From contig NC_058368.1 in assembly GCF_018350175.1 (NCBI RefSeq), positions 137,580,001 to 137,644,000 on the forward strand: DNA of 64,000 nt, written 5' to 3'. The notes under the pieces were generated by a model. That model was not told the DNA's origin. It made no database searches and was given only the letters and a program-made list of their open reading frames with translations. Source of the DNA: Felis catus (lineage: Eukaryota). Position numbers and translations under genes: made by a program. Position 1 is the stretch's first letter. The number at the start of each line of letters is the position of its first letter. Of this stretch, positions 35,651 through 49,935 are shown one piece after another.

Positions 35651-38286
35651 CTTCCCAAGGGTGCCACTTGTTTTTGAATACCAAAACGTTATCATCAGTG
35701 GCACAGAAAATCTCACTCCTGATCTCCCTCCTGTGGTGGCGGGAGGTGTGAAAGCCACCTTCTGGCAAACAGTGACGGGGTCTGCAAGTTCAGGTGGGAC
35801 GATCCACACAAGGCACACGGTTTCCACGCTGCCTCCATGCCATGAAAACCTCTTCTTGTGGATTCTTCATCTTCTCCCGGGGTCAGTTAAGTGGACTAAC
35901 CCCTACTAAAGCAAATTTTGAACTAGGTAAGGTCCCTTTGCTATTTCTTCACTTTACAGACTAAGGAGGAATGCAGCAGGCAGGCCATGGGAAGCAGCTT
36001 TTCAGAGGATGAGAGCTGAGGGGGGAGCAAGGATGTGCTCATCCAATTTATACCCGAGAGGCGGCAGTGGGGTGGGGCGAGGCCCCTGGGACAGGTGTCC
36101 TGTGACTGTGTCATGTGACTGTTGGCCTTCTGATTTGGTTGCTGGGCAGAGGACTATCGCCATGTGGGTGGTCGATATCCCCTGAAGGGGGAATATCATT
36201 CCAGGGCAGGTCATAGTAAAGGAATGGATCTAGAGATAGGAAGGGAACCTTGGAAGGTGGCCTTAGGCAGGCAGAAGAGACACGGTAGTCTGGCGGGATC
36301 TATGAGGGTCCACATGGATAAGAACCCCTATAACTATTGAAAAGGTTAATGGCCGGGTTCCATTCCAGACTGGGCCAATAAATCCAAATCTCCAGGGGAG
36401 TAACATCTATCATCTCAGGATCTGCAAAACACTGCCAATGGGGACCACAGAAACTGCAGACGCAATACCTAGTGGGCCAGATTATCTGGGATTATGAGCC
36501 CCTGTGACTTCTACGCCTTCCAGAGAGGCCTGTTGACTGAGCCCGTCCCCGTGCTGAGGGTCCTAAAAGGGAAGGATGTGGGTTTACCATCAGCCCCCCA
36601 GTGTTGACGGGGGCTGCACACGGTCTCCCTAGCCCAGCCTTCTAGGCAGCCCAGCCAGTGATTCGGGAGACAACCCCGAGGGTGTGGGGAGATGACGTCA
36701 GAGGCCCTCGCTTCTTTCATGTAGGGAGACTTCCGGGAGTTCCAGACTGGGGGACCTTGGACTCATTTATTAGGGAAGGCATGGGTTTATCTTTGCTTCT
36801 TCGTGATGGATGAAGTCAGGACTGCTGGGTGCCTACAACTGCAAGCATCAACGATGTCTGTCAAGATGAGGCAGAGTGGAGGTAAAAGGTAGCCAGATTG
36901 AAATGGAAAACGCTCGACAACGTCCAAGTGGGAAATAGTAGGAGAACAGTAGGAGTCTTGCTGCCTCGAGGGGCCTCCCGGCCTCTGATGGGTCAGTTAC
37001 GAGAGCTCCCCGGGCAGTGTGGTAGGCTGGGCTCTGCCCTGCTGCCACGCTGGACATGGGACACCCTGATCCTCCAGCCTCTGCTGTAGGAACTTCTCCA
37101 AAGAAGAGACGAGCTGGGAAGCATGCTGTGGGGGTGGTGGGCGGGCCGGAGGGGTGAAATGTCCTCTGACTGTTGGTGGGGAACCATGCATGGTCAGTCT
37201 GCTTCATGCCACGCGCGCTCCTGGGATCTTGCATAGCTTGGATTCCTGGAGCATCATGCATGCTGCCACCAGCCTGAGGGCCACAACAAGAACAGAGCGG
37301 GAGGCTTGCCTGCAGCTTTCCCTAGTAGGAAATGCTTGGCGGGGATGGGGGAGATTCCAGCTGGGTGAAGCATGTGACTGCTTGGAAAGGATATCTGTCC
37401 CCCACCTCACTCAGGAGAGTGCCCCTGCCCCGCCAGGGCTGAGATGGGGTCAGTGATTTAACCACTCTGGCTGCTTTCTGGAGGCTGCTTGGGCCTGAAG
37501 GGGCCAGAAGTTCGGCAGGGTGAGCTGGCGGTAGATGAGCCACCACTGCTGTTGTGTGCCAAACCACTCAGACGACACTTATTTAAAGGCCATGAGGCAC
37601 TAACGTGCCTCCAAGATTCTCTTCTCAGGCTCTGGAACTTTCCTCCTCCCTCCTGGTGCTCAGGCAGTAAAGTTGCTAGGAAGGAGCCTCCCCACCGGCA
37701 GCTCTCTCCTGGGGACCTGCAGGGTTGGGGCAGAAGCCCGGGTGTGACAGGTGCTAGGCCAGGCCAAGCTGCTTCCCTCCTGTGTCTGCTCCCTGCTACC
37801 CTGTGAGCAGTAACAGGTTATCTCAGGTCCCGCTGGTGCAGGCTGGCAGAGCCTGATGTCCTTCACGACGCCTGTGCCCTTTATGGCTGTGCACCTTTGC
37901 TAAAGGGACCTTGATGCCCAGTTATATGTGGCCATCGGCTGGTCACTGCTCTGTTCCCGCCCTGGCCCATTTCAGGGGGTGCCCTTCAGCCCCAGAAGGG
38001 AACTAGAATCGCAGTCCAGCTCCTAGAAGTGTCTCCTCTTTCCATAGTAGATTCCTGGCTTTGGGATTCTTTCTCCATTTGAATTGTCATTCAGTATTAC
38101 TACTAATGAAACTAATGAATAAACTAAAAGATTTTTGAAGTTTTTTAAATCCTTAAAATAGATTTCGCTAAGCACAAATGTGAATTTAGAGCAGTACATT
38201 GGAAGTCAAATAATTATTTTTCTTTGTATCACTAATTTGATATACAATTTGGGTCACTAATCTCCATTGACATTTAGGGTTAGTTG

Positions 38287-38889
38287 TTTTTTTTTTTAAC
38301 TTTATTATATTTGAGAGACAGAGACAGTGCATGAGCAGGGGAGGGGCAGAGAGAGAGGGAAACACAAAATCTGAAGCAGGCTCCAAGCTGTGAACTGTCA
38401 GCACAGAGCCCTATGCAGGGCTCAAACTCACGAACCGTGAGATCATGACCTGAGCCAGAGTCGGACACCTTAACCAACCGAGCCACCCAGGTGCGCCCAG
38501 TTTTATTTTTTAATTCAGTTTCTGAACACGTAAAGCATATACTGTATTAAGAGGTGTGCATCGAAAAGTCTTGGTTGTATCCTTTTTCTCACCTACCCTT
38601 TTCCATCAACCCCATCTAGGTCATTATTCCTTCCGTTAGTTTCAGTTGTCTCCTTCCAGTGTTTTTTTTATTTTTATTTTTATTTTTTAACGTTTATTTA
38701 TTTTTGAGACAGGGAGAGACAGCATGAATGGGGAAGGGTCAGAGAGAGAGGGAGACACAGAATCTGAAGCAGGTTCCAGGCTCTCAGCTGTCAGCACAGA
38801 GCCTGATGCAGGGCTCGAACTCACGGACCGCGAGATCATGACCTGAGCCGAAGTCGGATGCTTAACCGACTGAGCCACCCAGGCGCCCC
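38287..38889 (-). mobile_element. Two antisense CanSINEs (38287-38498, 38665-38889) within old antisense L1 sequence extending to ~39690
   Basis: SINE consensus; surrounding L1-like atggacatttagatcgtttcta...gccattttatactc. Confidence 0.85.
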
Positions 38890-40389
38890 TCCAGTGTTTT
38901 TTTTTGTTGTTGTTGATATATATTTTGCAATACATATTTATATATAATACATATTTTATATATGAATACTAATACATATTGCAAAATATGTACCAATATA
39001 TACGGTATAAAATACTATAGCATGTGGTTTACGATATGCTAATTTTATAGACGTGTATATATATGTACACACAACACACACACACAAACATACGCTGCTC
39101 TGCATCTTGCTTTTTTCATCTAACAAGGTCTCCTGACAATGACTCCATACGTAGGGATCTTTCTCCTTTTTTGGTACAGCTACATGGCCCCCTCGTGTGT
39201 GAATGCACTGTAGTTTATTCAACCATTCCTCTAACTATGGACATTTAGATCGTTTCTAATCTTCTAATGTTAGAGATAATATCACAGTGAATGACCTTGT
39301 GCTTACAGTGCTTGTGACCAGAGAAGGTATGTCTTCAGTGCCAGCCTCGAGGAATGGTGCCATTCTCAACAGTCAATGCGTAGGTCATTGTGTTAGATGC
39401 TGCCACATTTTCCTCCACGAGGAAATGTGTGCCATTTTATACTCTGATCGGCAACATACACAGGCACCTATCTCGTGACCACTTCAACACCGGAATGTGT
39501 TACCCAAATCCAACTTTTGGATTTGGGCCCATCTGAAAGGTGAGAGATCCTATTTCAGGGCAGTTCTAATTTACATTTCCTTGTGAGTGGAATTGGGAAT
39601 TTTTTCAAATATCAAGAGCTTTTTGAATCTTCTTTTCGGTGAACTTTTTCCGTACGTTGCCCATTGTTTCCTGGGTTCTAGCCTAACTGAAAAAAAATTT
39701 TTTAACTCAAATCTTGGTTGATTCGAGCAAAGTCACTTTTCATTCTTACCTTCCACAGAGATGTCAGATACAAACTCCATCAACAAGGAGTCATCATTAG
39801 GACTGTCCTCTGCTGCCTCATTCCCAAACTCACTCTAATCCAAAAAGTACTGGTGATCACTTACATTTTAACCTGTTCTCGTAGTTCCTGTTGAGTTGAC
39901 TGGGGTAATTTGGCACCAAAGCATCGTTTCATTATTTTTCAAAATCATGGCCAATCAGTTGATTCTGTTGGAACATGGTGTTAATGAAATAAAGGCGCTG
40001 GTTCTGATACCCATATGTGCCGTCGGCTCTACATTTAGAAAAGCTGTTCCCCTGCCAGGAGTGGGGCTGCCCAGCTGCCTTCCATTCAGACAGAAGTCTC
40101 AAAAGAACACTCTGTGGGTAAGGAAGGGGCAATGGCGTCATCTCCAAACATAGTCCCCCCCGGGGGAGTGGATGCCCCAATTCCTGCTTCTCTGGAAGCT
40201 CGGTGTAGGTTTCTGCCTGGGAATTTCACTGTGAGGTCAGCAGCCAGTTGAGACGACACATGCGTCAAACGGGACAGCACGCACAACCCTGCATGGTGTT
40301 GTTTTCAAGCTGGCTGTCTCAACTCGAGAGGCACATGGGGCTCCCTCAGCAGCAGTCCAGAACTGTGCGCAAAGCCCCTGTAATACTTA

Positions 40390-40800
40390 CAGCCTCTCCT
40401 GAGGTTGCAGTCAAGATGTCAGCTGGGGTCACAGGCCTCTGGCATGACTTGACAGGGGCTGACGAGCCCAATTCTGAGATGGTCTCTCGTAGGGCTGATG
40501 CTGGCTGTTGTCAGGAGGCCTCAGTTCCTCTCCACGGGGACAGCCACAGGGCCGCTGGAGTGTCTTTGCAATGTGATGCCTGCCTTCCCTCAGAGCAAGA
40601 GATTTCAGAGAAAGCCAGGAGGAAGCTTCAGTGCTTTTCAGGATCTCGTCTTGACTCCAAATGTCCTCATGTCTGCCCCATTCTGTCTGTGAGAAGCAAG
40701 TCACTGGGGCCGGCCCACACTCAAGGAGAGAGGAATTAACTCCACCTTTTCAAGGGAGGTGTCTCAGAGAATTTGTGGACATATTTTTAAATCGCCACTG
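40390..40800 (-). mobile_element. MaLR (MLT1-type) LTR
   Basis: cctgaggttgcagtcaagatgtcagctgggg...gaagcaagtcactggggccggcccacactcaaggagagaggaattaactccacc. Confidence 0.75.
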
Positions 40801-41442
40801 TCCCTGAGGCCAAGAGCCTTCTTCTCCCATACCTAAAGGGCTGCTTGACCCCTGGGCTGTAAGGCGTGCCTGCCTTTCTGGTAAGTCCTGGGAAATGCAG
40901 CCACCTCCCAGGTGGATGGCTCCCCACCCCTTAGGAAGGGACTTTCATCACATCTACTTGCCTTTGACCTATTTTTAACAATGGAACTGGTTAAAAATGC
41001 AGGTTGGACCTCACCAAGAGATTCTTTCTATTTCACTGAGTCTGAGGGGCTGGTGAATTTTTACAGCTACTTCCGATCAAGCAAGCCCTTTGGCCCTGGC
41101 CCAGAAAGACAGAGTGAGGCATTGGCTTTTCAGCACTGTGGTTTCTGTCACCCAACAGTCCTGTCCTGCCCCACCCCACTGAGGGCAGGCTGGACCACCT
41201 CACTGGGCCTTTCAGGGCACTCAGAGATGCACATGGCAAAGGGTGAGCCCACGACGGATCCCCGATGGATAGAGGATGAATGGGTGAGCGGAGGAATTCA
41301 TCAGTCATCAAAGCACCGTTGTACTGATTTTGACAATGCTTTTTTAGAAGTTAATCTTCCCAATATTACCTAAGACAAATTCTTGCCAAAACACATTTAC
41401 CCTTTCATGAAGCTTCTTGACCTAATTATTAACAATTTATTT

Positions 41443-41445
<3 letters not shown>

Positions 41446-41490
<45 letters not shown>
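41446..41490 (+). repeat. (CA)n microsatellite
   Basis: Direct reading. Confidence 0.92.
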
Positions 41491-41492
<2 letters not shown>

Positions 41493-41634
41493 GGATGAAG
41501 AATGTGTCACACAATACCTTGAGAAAATAACTACATGCACCCAGAATTGGGGGAATTCAATAGGATGACTGGCTTGGACACTTGAAAGAGTCTATGTCAT
41601 GGAGGGAAAAACAGGCCAAGGTCCTGTTCTAGAT

Positions 41635-41843
41635 CAAAGGCTGCCAAACTATGACCCACAGGTCAGCGGTCTATTTTTGTAAATAAAATTTTATTGGAAC
41701 GCTGTCATGCTTATTAGCTTACGTAGTGTGTGTGGCTGCTTTTGTGCTAGTGACACAGTTGAGTGATTGCAACAGAAACAGTGTGGCCTACAAACCTGCA
41801 GTGTTTACTCTCCTGCCCTTTCAGAAAAAGTTAGCTGACCCCT
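41635..41843 (+). mobile_element. MER58A-like hAT MITE
   Basis: caaactatgacccac...tttttgtaaataaaattttattggaac...cagaaaaagttagctgacccctg. Confidence 0.8.
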
Positions 41844-43717
41844 GTTCTAAATTAAGAGACCAGTGACTCTTCTACTCCAACCAATGACAGAGTAAGTAGT
41901 CCTGGCTAGCCACTCTGTCACACACAATTAGAGCAGCAGATGAGACATATTAAATAATTATTCTCAGACGTGAAATAATTGGCAGCACAGGGCTGGGCTT
42001 TCTGAGAGAAAGGAAACAAACAAAGTGAGTCTACAGTCACCCAGGCTTTCTACCAGAGGCATTTGCATTTCCCAACCCAGAGAGGGGGACACACACAGAA
42101 TACAGAGTTCTCACGGAGCTGACGAGACAGATCATTGGAGAGTGGGGAGGCTGAGGCAGCTGGAATTTCCACCGGTGAATATTTTTTGAGGAAGAAACTA
42201 ACCAAAGAAGGGGTTTCAGGCCACGGGATCCTCTCTGAGTCTTTGGCTAAATACCAGGTCGTGCATGTGTCTGGGGGAGACAGCACCAGCCTGGCCAAAA
42301 AACCACCATCCAGGAAAGAAAGGGTACCGTGGACCCGTAAACATAACAACTCCTGGAGCTCACACAGAGTTGGGAGATGATTGAGTTTTGACCAGCCAGA
42401 GGGGAAAGGCCTCCCGGAACACCAAGGACTTTGAGTAGACTATCAAAAAGGCCACACTTCAGGTTTAGGACTAATTAGCTACTCTAGATCTATCTCAACG
42501 AAGCTTAAAAGTAAGTCTTCTGGGTGCCTGGGTGGCTCAGTCGGTTGAGCATCTGACTTGAGCCCAGGTCGTGATCTCACAGTGTTTGAGCCCCGCGTTG
42601 GGCTCTGTGCTGACAGCTCAGAGCCTGGAACCTGCTTTGGATTCTGTATCTCCCTCTATCTCTACCCCTCCTCTGCTTGCGGTCTGTCTCTGTCTGTCTC
42701 TCAAAAACTAAAGTAAAAAATTAAAAAAAAAAAAAAAGTAGGTCTTCAAAGAATCAAGTTAATCCCTGTATAAATTAACTATCCGTGAAAACAAAACTTA
42801 ACCGTATTTAAAGAGGACAACAAGGATAGATACCTTTGACTCTTTATTCCAAGTTTACCAAGAACTTTAATCATGAATGGATTTTTTGAGTTTTGTAAAA
42901 TGATTTTTTCTGAATCCTTTTCCTTTTCTGTAATAAACTTTTTAGTCAATGACTGAATATCTCCCACCTAAGATCAGAAACAAGGAAGGAAGTTTTCTTT
43001 CACCATTTCTAGTGAACGTTCTGCTGTGGTCCTAGCCAGTGCAAACAGGCAAGGGAAGAAAGAGCCCACACATTGGAAAGGAAGAAGTAAAACATGGTTG
43101 TGAACATAGAAAACCCTCAGAATTTCACAGAAAAGCTACGAAAACCAAAAAGTGAATCTAGTAAGGATGGAAAACACAAGGTCAATATACAGTAAGCAAC
43201 TGTATGTCTGTATTTCAGCACAAACAAGTGGGAAATGAAGTATTATTTACAATGTCAAAAAATGTTTCAGATAAATTTATATATAAATGTATATATGTGT
43301 ACACACACACATAGTGTACTGAAAACAACAAAACACTGTTGAAATTGAACAAGCTCTAAATGAATGGACAGATTTTCCATGTTCAGAGATTCAAAGAATC
43401 AATGTTGGCAAAATGTCAGTTTTCTCCAGTGATTTTATAGATTCAAAGTAAATCCACTTACAATCTCAACAGGCATTTAAAAAAATAAAAACCAGGAAGC
43501 TTATTATAAAATGTATATGAAAATGTAAAGGACCAGAAGATTTAAAATAATTCTGGAAAAGAACACATGTGGAAGGCTTACACGTTGATTTCAAGAGCTA
43601 TTATAACACCTTGGTAATTGTTGTGATATTGGCATGGGATAGACCATGGCTTAGAGTCCAGAAGTAGATCCATAGATCTATGGTCAACTTAGTTTACATG
43701 TTATTTTTCTTCTTTTT

Positions 43718-43748
<31 letters not shown>

Positions 43749-43814
43749 TGAGTGGGGGAGAGGAACAGAGGGAGGGATGGGGGGAGAGAGAGAGAGAGAG
43801 AGAGACAGAGAGAC

Positions 43815-43875
<61 letters not shown>

Positions 43876-44697
43876 ATCCCAAGCAGGCTCCATGCTTAGC
43901 ACGGATCCTGATGTGGGACTCAATCCCATGACCCTTGGAGTATGACCAGAGCTGAAGCCAAGAGTGGGATGCTCAACAGACTACGCCACCCAGGTGTCCC
44001 CTATTTAAGGTAATCCAATGGGAAAAATATATTCTTTTCAACAAATGGTGCTAGAATATATGGAAATGGTGCTAGAAGATATGGATATATGTATGAAAAA
44101 AATCCTAACTCCTGTCTTACACTATATATAAAAATTAAATGGATTACAGGGCTACATGTAAAAGCTAAAACTACAATATTTCTAGAAAAAACAAAGAAGA
44201 AAATCGTTCTAATCTTGGGGTAGGCAAGGATTTCATAGACAGGATATAAACAAAGTACCAATCTTAAAAGAAAATATTGATAAATTGGACTTTATCAAAA
44301 ATAAAAACTTCTCCTCAAAACACACCATTAAGAAAATGAAAAGCCCAAGTCATTGGAGGAAAATATTAATCACACATAAAACTGGGGCATTTATGGGGCA
44401 ATAATGCATACAACTGAGCCTGGGTGGCTCAGTCTGTTGAGTGTCTGATTCTTGATCATGCCTCAGGTTATGATCCCATAGTTGTGAGATCAAGCCCTGC
44501 AGTGGGCACCATGCTGAGTATGGAGCTGGCTTGAGATTCTGTCTTAGTCTCTGCCCCTCTCCCTAGCTTGCACTCCCACTCTCTCAAACAAACAAACAAA
44601 CAAACAAACAAATAATAATGAATAAACCTGGAAAAAATGCATAGGCGCACATCAGTAACAAATAACCCAAGTTTTAAAGGGCAAATATTTTAACAGA

Positions 44698-45022
44698 CAG
44701 TTGACCTTTGAACAACATGGGGGCTGAGACGCCATCCCCCGTGTGGTCAAAAATCTGTGTATAGCATTTGACTCCCCCAAAACTTAACTACGATAGCTTA
44801 TTGTTGTTGACCCGAAGCTTTAACCCATAACATCAACAGCCAATTAACACATATTTTGTATGTTATATGTATTATGTACTGTATTCTTCTAATACAGTAA
44901 GCTAGAGAAAAGAAAATGTTAGGAAAATCGTACGGAAGAGAAAATGCATTTACTATATTGTAAGAAATCTGCATAGATGTGGACCTGCCCACTTCAAGCC
45001 CATGTTGTTCAAGGGTCAGCTG
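44698..45022 (+). mobile_element. Tigger2a-like TcMar DNA transposon (non-autonomous)
   Basis: TIRs cagttgacctttgaacaacatggg ... cccatgttgttcaagggtcagctg followed by TA. Confidence 0.88.
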
Positions 45023-46479
45023 TACTATATATATGAGCGATAGACACATGAGAAGATGTCCAGCTTCCCTAGTGATCTGAGACATACAAATTAAACCGTG
45101 CTGATGTTTAAAAAAAAAAATTAAAGAAAAAAAAAAGGGGGCGCCTGGGTGGCTCAGTCGGTTGAGCGTCCGACTTCAGCTCAGGTCATGATCTTGCAGT
45201 CCGTGAGTTCGAGCCCTGTGTCAGGCTCTGGGCTGACAGCTCAGAGCCTGGAGCCTGCTTCGGATTCTGTGTCTCCCTCTCTCTGCCCCTTCCCCACTCA
45301 TGCTCTGTCTCTCTCACTCTCACAAATAAATAAATGTTAAAAAAAAAATTTTAAACCACCCTGAGATCACTACACACCCAATAAAATGCCAAAAAGCAAA
45401 AGATAATATTAAGCACTGGTGAGGATGTAGAGAAACTAGAAGTCTCATATGTTCCCAGTAAGAGCGTAAAATGTTGAAACACTTTGGGAAACACTTCAGC
45501 AGTTTCTTATAAAGTTAAACGTTCATTAACTACATGATCCAGCAATTCTACCTCTAGATTTTTACCCAAGAGAAATGAAGACATAGGTCCACAAAAAGAC
45601 TCCTACATGAATGTTCATAGTAGCTAATCATAATAGCTTAAAACTGAAAATAATCCAGATGTTCATCAATGGGTGGATGGATAAACAAACAGGTAATATT
45701 CATATAATGGAATATTACTCTGCAACAACAAGGTACAAACTACTCATATACCCAACAATATGGTGGATTTCAAAAATATTATGCTGAGCAAAAGAAGTCA
45801 GATACACAAGAATATAAGCTGTATTATTGGACTTCTGAAGTTCTTGATCAGGCAGAGCTATCTACAGTAATACAATTCAGATCAGTGGTTGCCTGGGGCA
45901 GGGTGGGAATGGGTGACTGGTTGCAAAGATGGCATGAGGGAACATTTTTTTTTTTTTTTATTAAAAAATTTTTTTTAATCTTTATTTATTTTTGAGAGAC
46001 AGAGAGAGAGCATGAGCAGGGGAGGGGCAGAGAGAGAGGGAGACACAGAATCTGAAGCAGGCTCCAGGCTCCAAGCTGTCAGCACAGAGCCCGACATAGG
46101 CTTGAACTCAGGAAACGTGAGATCATGACCCGAGCTGAAGTCGGATGCTCAAGTGACTGAGCCACCCAGGTGCCCCAGGGAACATTTTCTATATTTTGTT
46201 TGGAGTGGATGTTGTGAAGGTGTGTGTGTGTGTGTGTATGTATTTCTTTTAAAAAAATGTTTATTTATTTTGAGAGAGGGAGAGAGAATGCATGTACATG
46301 CTCGTGAACAGGGGAGGAGCAGAGAGGGAGGGAGAGAAAGAATTTCAAGTGGGTTCTGTGCTAACAGCACAGAGCCCAGTGCATGGCTGGATCTCATGAG
46401 CTGTGAGATCATGATCTGAGCCGAAACCAAGAGTTGGATGCTTAAATGACTGAGCCACCCAGGTGCCCCATATATATTT

Positions 46480-46483
<4 letters not shown>

Positions 46484-46533
<50 letters not shown>
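46484..46533. repeat. (TA)n microsatellite
   Basis: Direct reading. Confidence 0.92.
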
Positions 46534-46537
<4 letters not shown>

Positions 46538-46914
46538 TCCAAAACTCAAACTGCACACTTAAAATGGATATGTTAAAATTACGTTAATTTTACATCAGTA
46601 AAAACTTTTAAAAAGTAGACTAAAAAGAAATAATGACAAACTGTAATGTGTCAATCTCAGCTGAATTCTAATTTGGTGAAAACAAAGCTATAAAAGATTC
46701 TTAGGATGATTGGGAAATTTTGAATAGGGCATGGCTCTTAGATAATATTACAGAATGATTGTTCATCTTCTTAGGTATGATCATGTTTTTGTGGTTGGAG
46801 AGAAGCATGTCCTTATTCTTAGGTATATTCTTAGCTGAAGTATTTAGGATCGAAATATCATGACGTCTACCACTTACTTTCCAATGGTTCAGTAAGAACA
46901 AAAACACGTACCCC

Positions 46915-48340
46915 TGTCTCACATAATACACAAAAATAAACTCAAAATGGATTAAAGACCCAAATGTAAGACCTGAAACCATAAAACCCCTAAAAGGAAA
47001 CAGGCAGTAATCTCTCAGGTATCTGCTGAGCAACACCATCTCCTCAGGCAAGGGAAACAAAAGCAAGGTATTGGGACTACATCAAAATAAAAAACTTCTG
47101 TACGATGCCAAAAAGAAAAGGCAATCTACTAGAGGGGAGAAGATATTTGCAGATGACATAGCTGATAAGGTGTTAACATCTAAAACATATACAGAACTTA
47201 CACAACTCAATACCAATCCCCCCCCCCCCCAAACAATCCAATGAAGAGATCAGCAGAGGATCTGAACAGGCATCTTTTCAAAGAAGATATCCAAATGGCC
47301 AACATACACATGAAAAGATGCTCAACATCACTCATCATCAGGGAAATACAAACCAAACCCACAACGAGATACCGCCTTCCACCTGTCAGAATAGCTAGTA
47401 TAACAAAGTCAAGAAATAACAAGCAGTGGTGAAGATGTAGAGAAAAAGGAAACCCGAGCACTGCTGGTGGGAATGCAAATTGATACAGCCACTCTGAAAA
47501 ACTGTATGGAGGTTCCTCAAAAAATTCAACATAGAAATACCATAGGATCCAGTAATTCCACCAGTGGCTATGTGCCCAAAGAAAACAGAAACACTAATTT
47601 GAAAAGATATATACACCCAGATGCTTACTGTAGCATTAATTACAATAGCCAAGATATGGAAGCAGCCCAGTGTCCATTGATAGAGGAGTGGATAAACATG
47701 TGGTATACACACACAATGGAATATTATTCAGCCATTAAAAAGAATGAAATCTTGCCATTTGCAACAGGGATGGAACTTGAGGCTATAATCCCAAGTGAAA
47801 GCAGTCAGACAAAGACAAATATCGGGGGCGCCTGGGTGGCGCAGTCGGTTAAGCGTCCGACTTCAGCCAGGTCACGATCTCGCGGTCCGGGAGTTTGAGC
47901 CCCGCGTCAGGCTCTGGGCTGATGGCTCAGAGCCTGGAGCCTGTTTCCGATTCTGTGTCTCCCTCTCTGCCCCTCCCCCGTTCATGCTCTGTCTCTCTCT
48001 GTCCCAAAAATAAATAAACGTTGAAAAAAAATTAAAAAAAAAAAAAGACAAATATCGTATGACTTCTATGTGGACTCTAAAAAACAAAACAAAACCAGAC
48101 AAAACATAGGAACAGACTAATAAATACAGAGACCAAACTGGTGGTTGCCAGAGGGGAGGTGGGGCGAGAGGGTGGGTGAAACAGGTGAAGGAGATTATAA
48201 CTTACAGTATAAAATAAATCAGGCACAGAGATGAAAAGTGCCGCATAGGGAATATGGGAGTCAAAAATATTGTAATAAGGCTGTATGGTGACAGCTGGTG
48301 ACTACACTTACCCTGGTGAGTGCTGAGCGATGTACAGAAT
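46915..48340 (+). mobile_element. 5'-truncated carnivore L1 (ORF2 3' end plus 3'UTR), interrupted by a young SINE
   Basis: ORFs 47241-47432 and 47467-47898 give [28 protein letters not shown] and [21 protein letters not shown]. Confidence 0.9.
47824..48045 (+). mobile_element. Young felid SINEC_Fc with TSD aaagacaaatatcg
   Basis: Near-consensus copy with flanking direct repeat. Confidence 0.95.
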
Positions 48341-49734
48341 TGTTTTTTAAAAATGCACACAAAAACAGCGAGATGAAACAGACCTGGCAGATATAATTGC
48401 TGAAGAAGGTGGGGGGGGGGGGTATATAGATTTTCACTGCAGTTTCTACGTTTCTGACTTTTCAGCATTACATAACAATGATCATAACAACAATAACAAC
48501 AACCACTGGGGGTTGGGGGGGCGGGGGAAGCTAATGTTGAGGTGTTATGGTTTCCTCTTAAGTCTACAAGTTTTTCTTAGACCCAGATAGATACTTATGA
48601 GGACAGGGCGAGAGAGTCGTGATTTTCTCTGAATTCTTCTAACTGCTTGTGTTTGAACAGAATCCCAGCAACAAAGCGCATTACGAATACCTGTTTGCCT
48701 TCTGGCTTCCTTGGCTGCTCGCTGGTGCAGGGAGAGTCTCAAAACGTGTGTCAGGAGCACCAGGGCTGGGGCCACCTCTCTGCTGGCCTTGGCAGGAGGG
48801 AGGTGAATGGTTAACTAGTTACCCACCCTGCATTGTTGAACCTTTTCTGAGCCCGCACGGGGCTCTCCCCGCAAGTCTTACAGCAAATGCAAATGCACGG
48901 GAGGGGAACAAGGCCCAGGTGACCCTGTTTGTTAAACAGCGAAAACCTGCTTTACACCGGCAACTTATATAAGGCTACACACGTCTTACAAAAGGGTACA
49001 TTTTGGCATAAAAATGCCTCCCTCGGACCTACCCTGACACACTGCCCAGGGCTTTGGCAAGTGAGGTCCTGGAGATGGTGAGGGAAGGGTAAGAAATCTG
49101 GAAGCTCTTTCTCAGCAAAGCGTGCCTTTCACAAGTAGGGGGAGGAGCCAGCGAAGAGAGGAGGGCAGAGTCTCAAGGGGAGGAGTCTGTGCCTTCTCAG
49201 GTGCTGAGGTGTCATAGATGATGTGGGATGTTACAGAACCGCCCCCGCCCCCCCCCCCCCCCCCCCGCGCCGGAAGTTAAGGGCTGTAGAAAGTTCCCTG
49301 GATCAGACTGTCGGGGCTAGAGAAATTTCCCCTGGAATGGGGGGGGGGGGGAGTGTAGGGATTATGCAGGAGGGAGGATATGGAGGCACACTGTGCCAAC
49401 GATTTTTCGCGAAGTTTGGGGCAATAGTTGGATAGCTGTGGAAGACAGCATGAGGCAGGGAAGAAAGGAGAGGGTTTAGGGTCTGGAGATCGGTGGGGAG
49501 AGGCTAGGTAGGGGGAGACAGGCTAGTTAAGGGAAGAGATAAGATTATAACCCAGGTGGAAAGGGGCTTAGCAAGAGACTTCTCTGAGATAGAGGGAAGG
49601 CAACGGTGGGGGGTGGGGGAGCTGCGACAAAGATATGGGGTGTTTTGAAATAGTGAGTAAGGTACCAGCATCACTCAGCCAGTTGCCCACCACACATGGT
49701 CCTTTCCCAGCTTTGGAGTTGAGTGACTTCTTTG

Positions 49735-49935
49735 GTAACATCGTGCTGCATATTTGAAAGTTGCTAGGAGTAAATCCATCACAAGAAAAACATTTGTAAC
49801 GATGTATGGTGATGGATATTAAGTACACTTATTGCGGTGACCGGTTTGCAATGTACACAAATGTCAAATCATTATGTGGCATGCCTGAAACGGATATAAT
49901 GTGGTGGATCAGTTATACGTCAATAAAAAAAAGCA
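49735..49935 (+). mobile_element. L1MA-like 3' terminal fragment
   Basis: tgcatatttgaaagttgctaggagtaaatc...caaatgtcaaatcattatgtggcatgcctgaaac...caataaaaaaa. Confidence 0.75.

Larger units (their letters stand above)
41866..46620 (+). mobile_element. Ancient L1M (L1MD-like) element: 5' region, internal deletion with a short inversion, ORF2-to-3' end; interrupted by SINEs (42522-42737 +, 43703-44001 -, 44417-44625 +, 45137-45348 +, 45946-46177 -, 46248-46469 -) and a Tigger
   Basis: Degenerate L1 ORF2 landmarks (cctaagatcagaaacaagg, attggaaaggaagaagtaaaac, ttcaacaaatggtgctag, gatccagcaattctacctctag); L1M-like 5' end at 41866-42820. Confidence 0.7.

Noticed and set aside
35650..36520. Possible ERV env/internal remnant on the minus strand
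   Set aside because: Only a vague FCGP-type resemblance, with no flanking LTR pair identified
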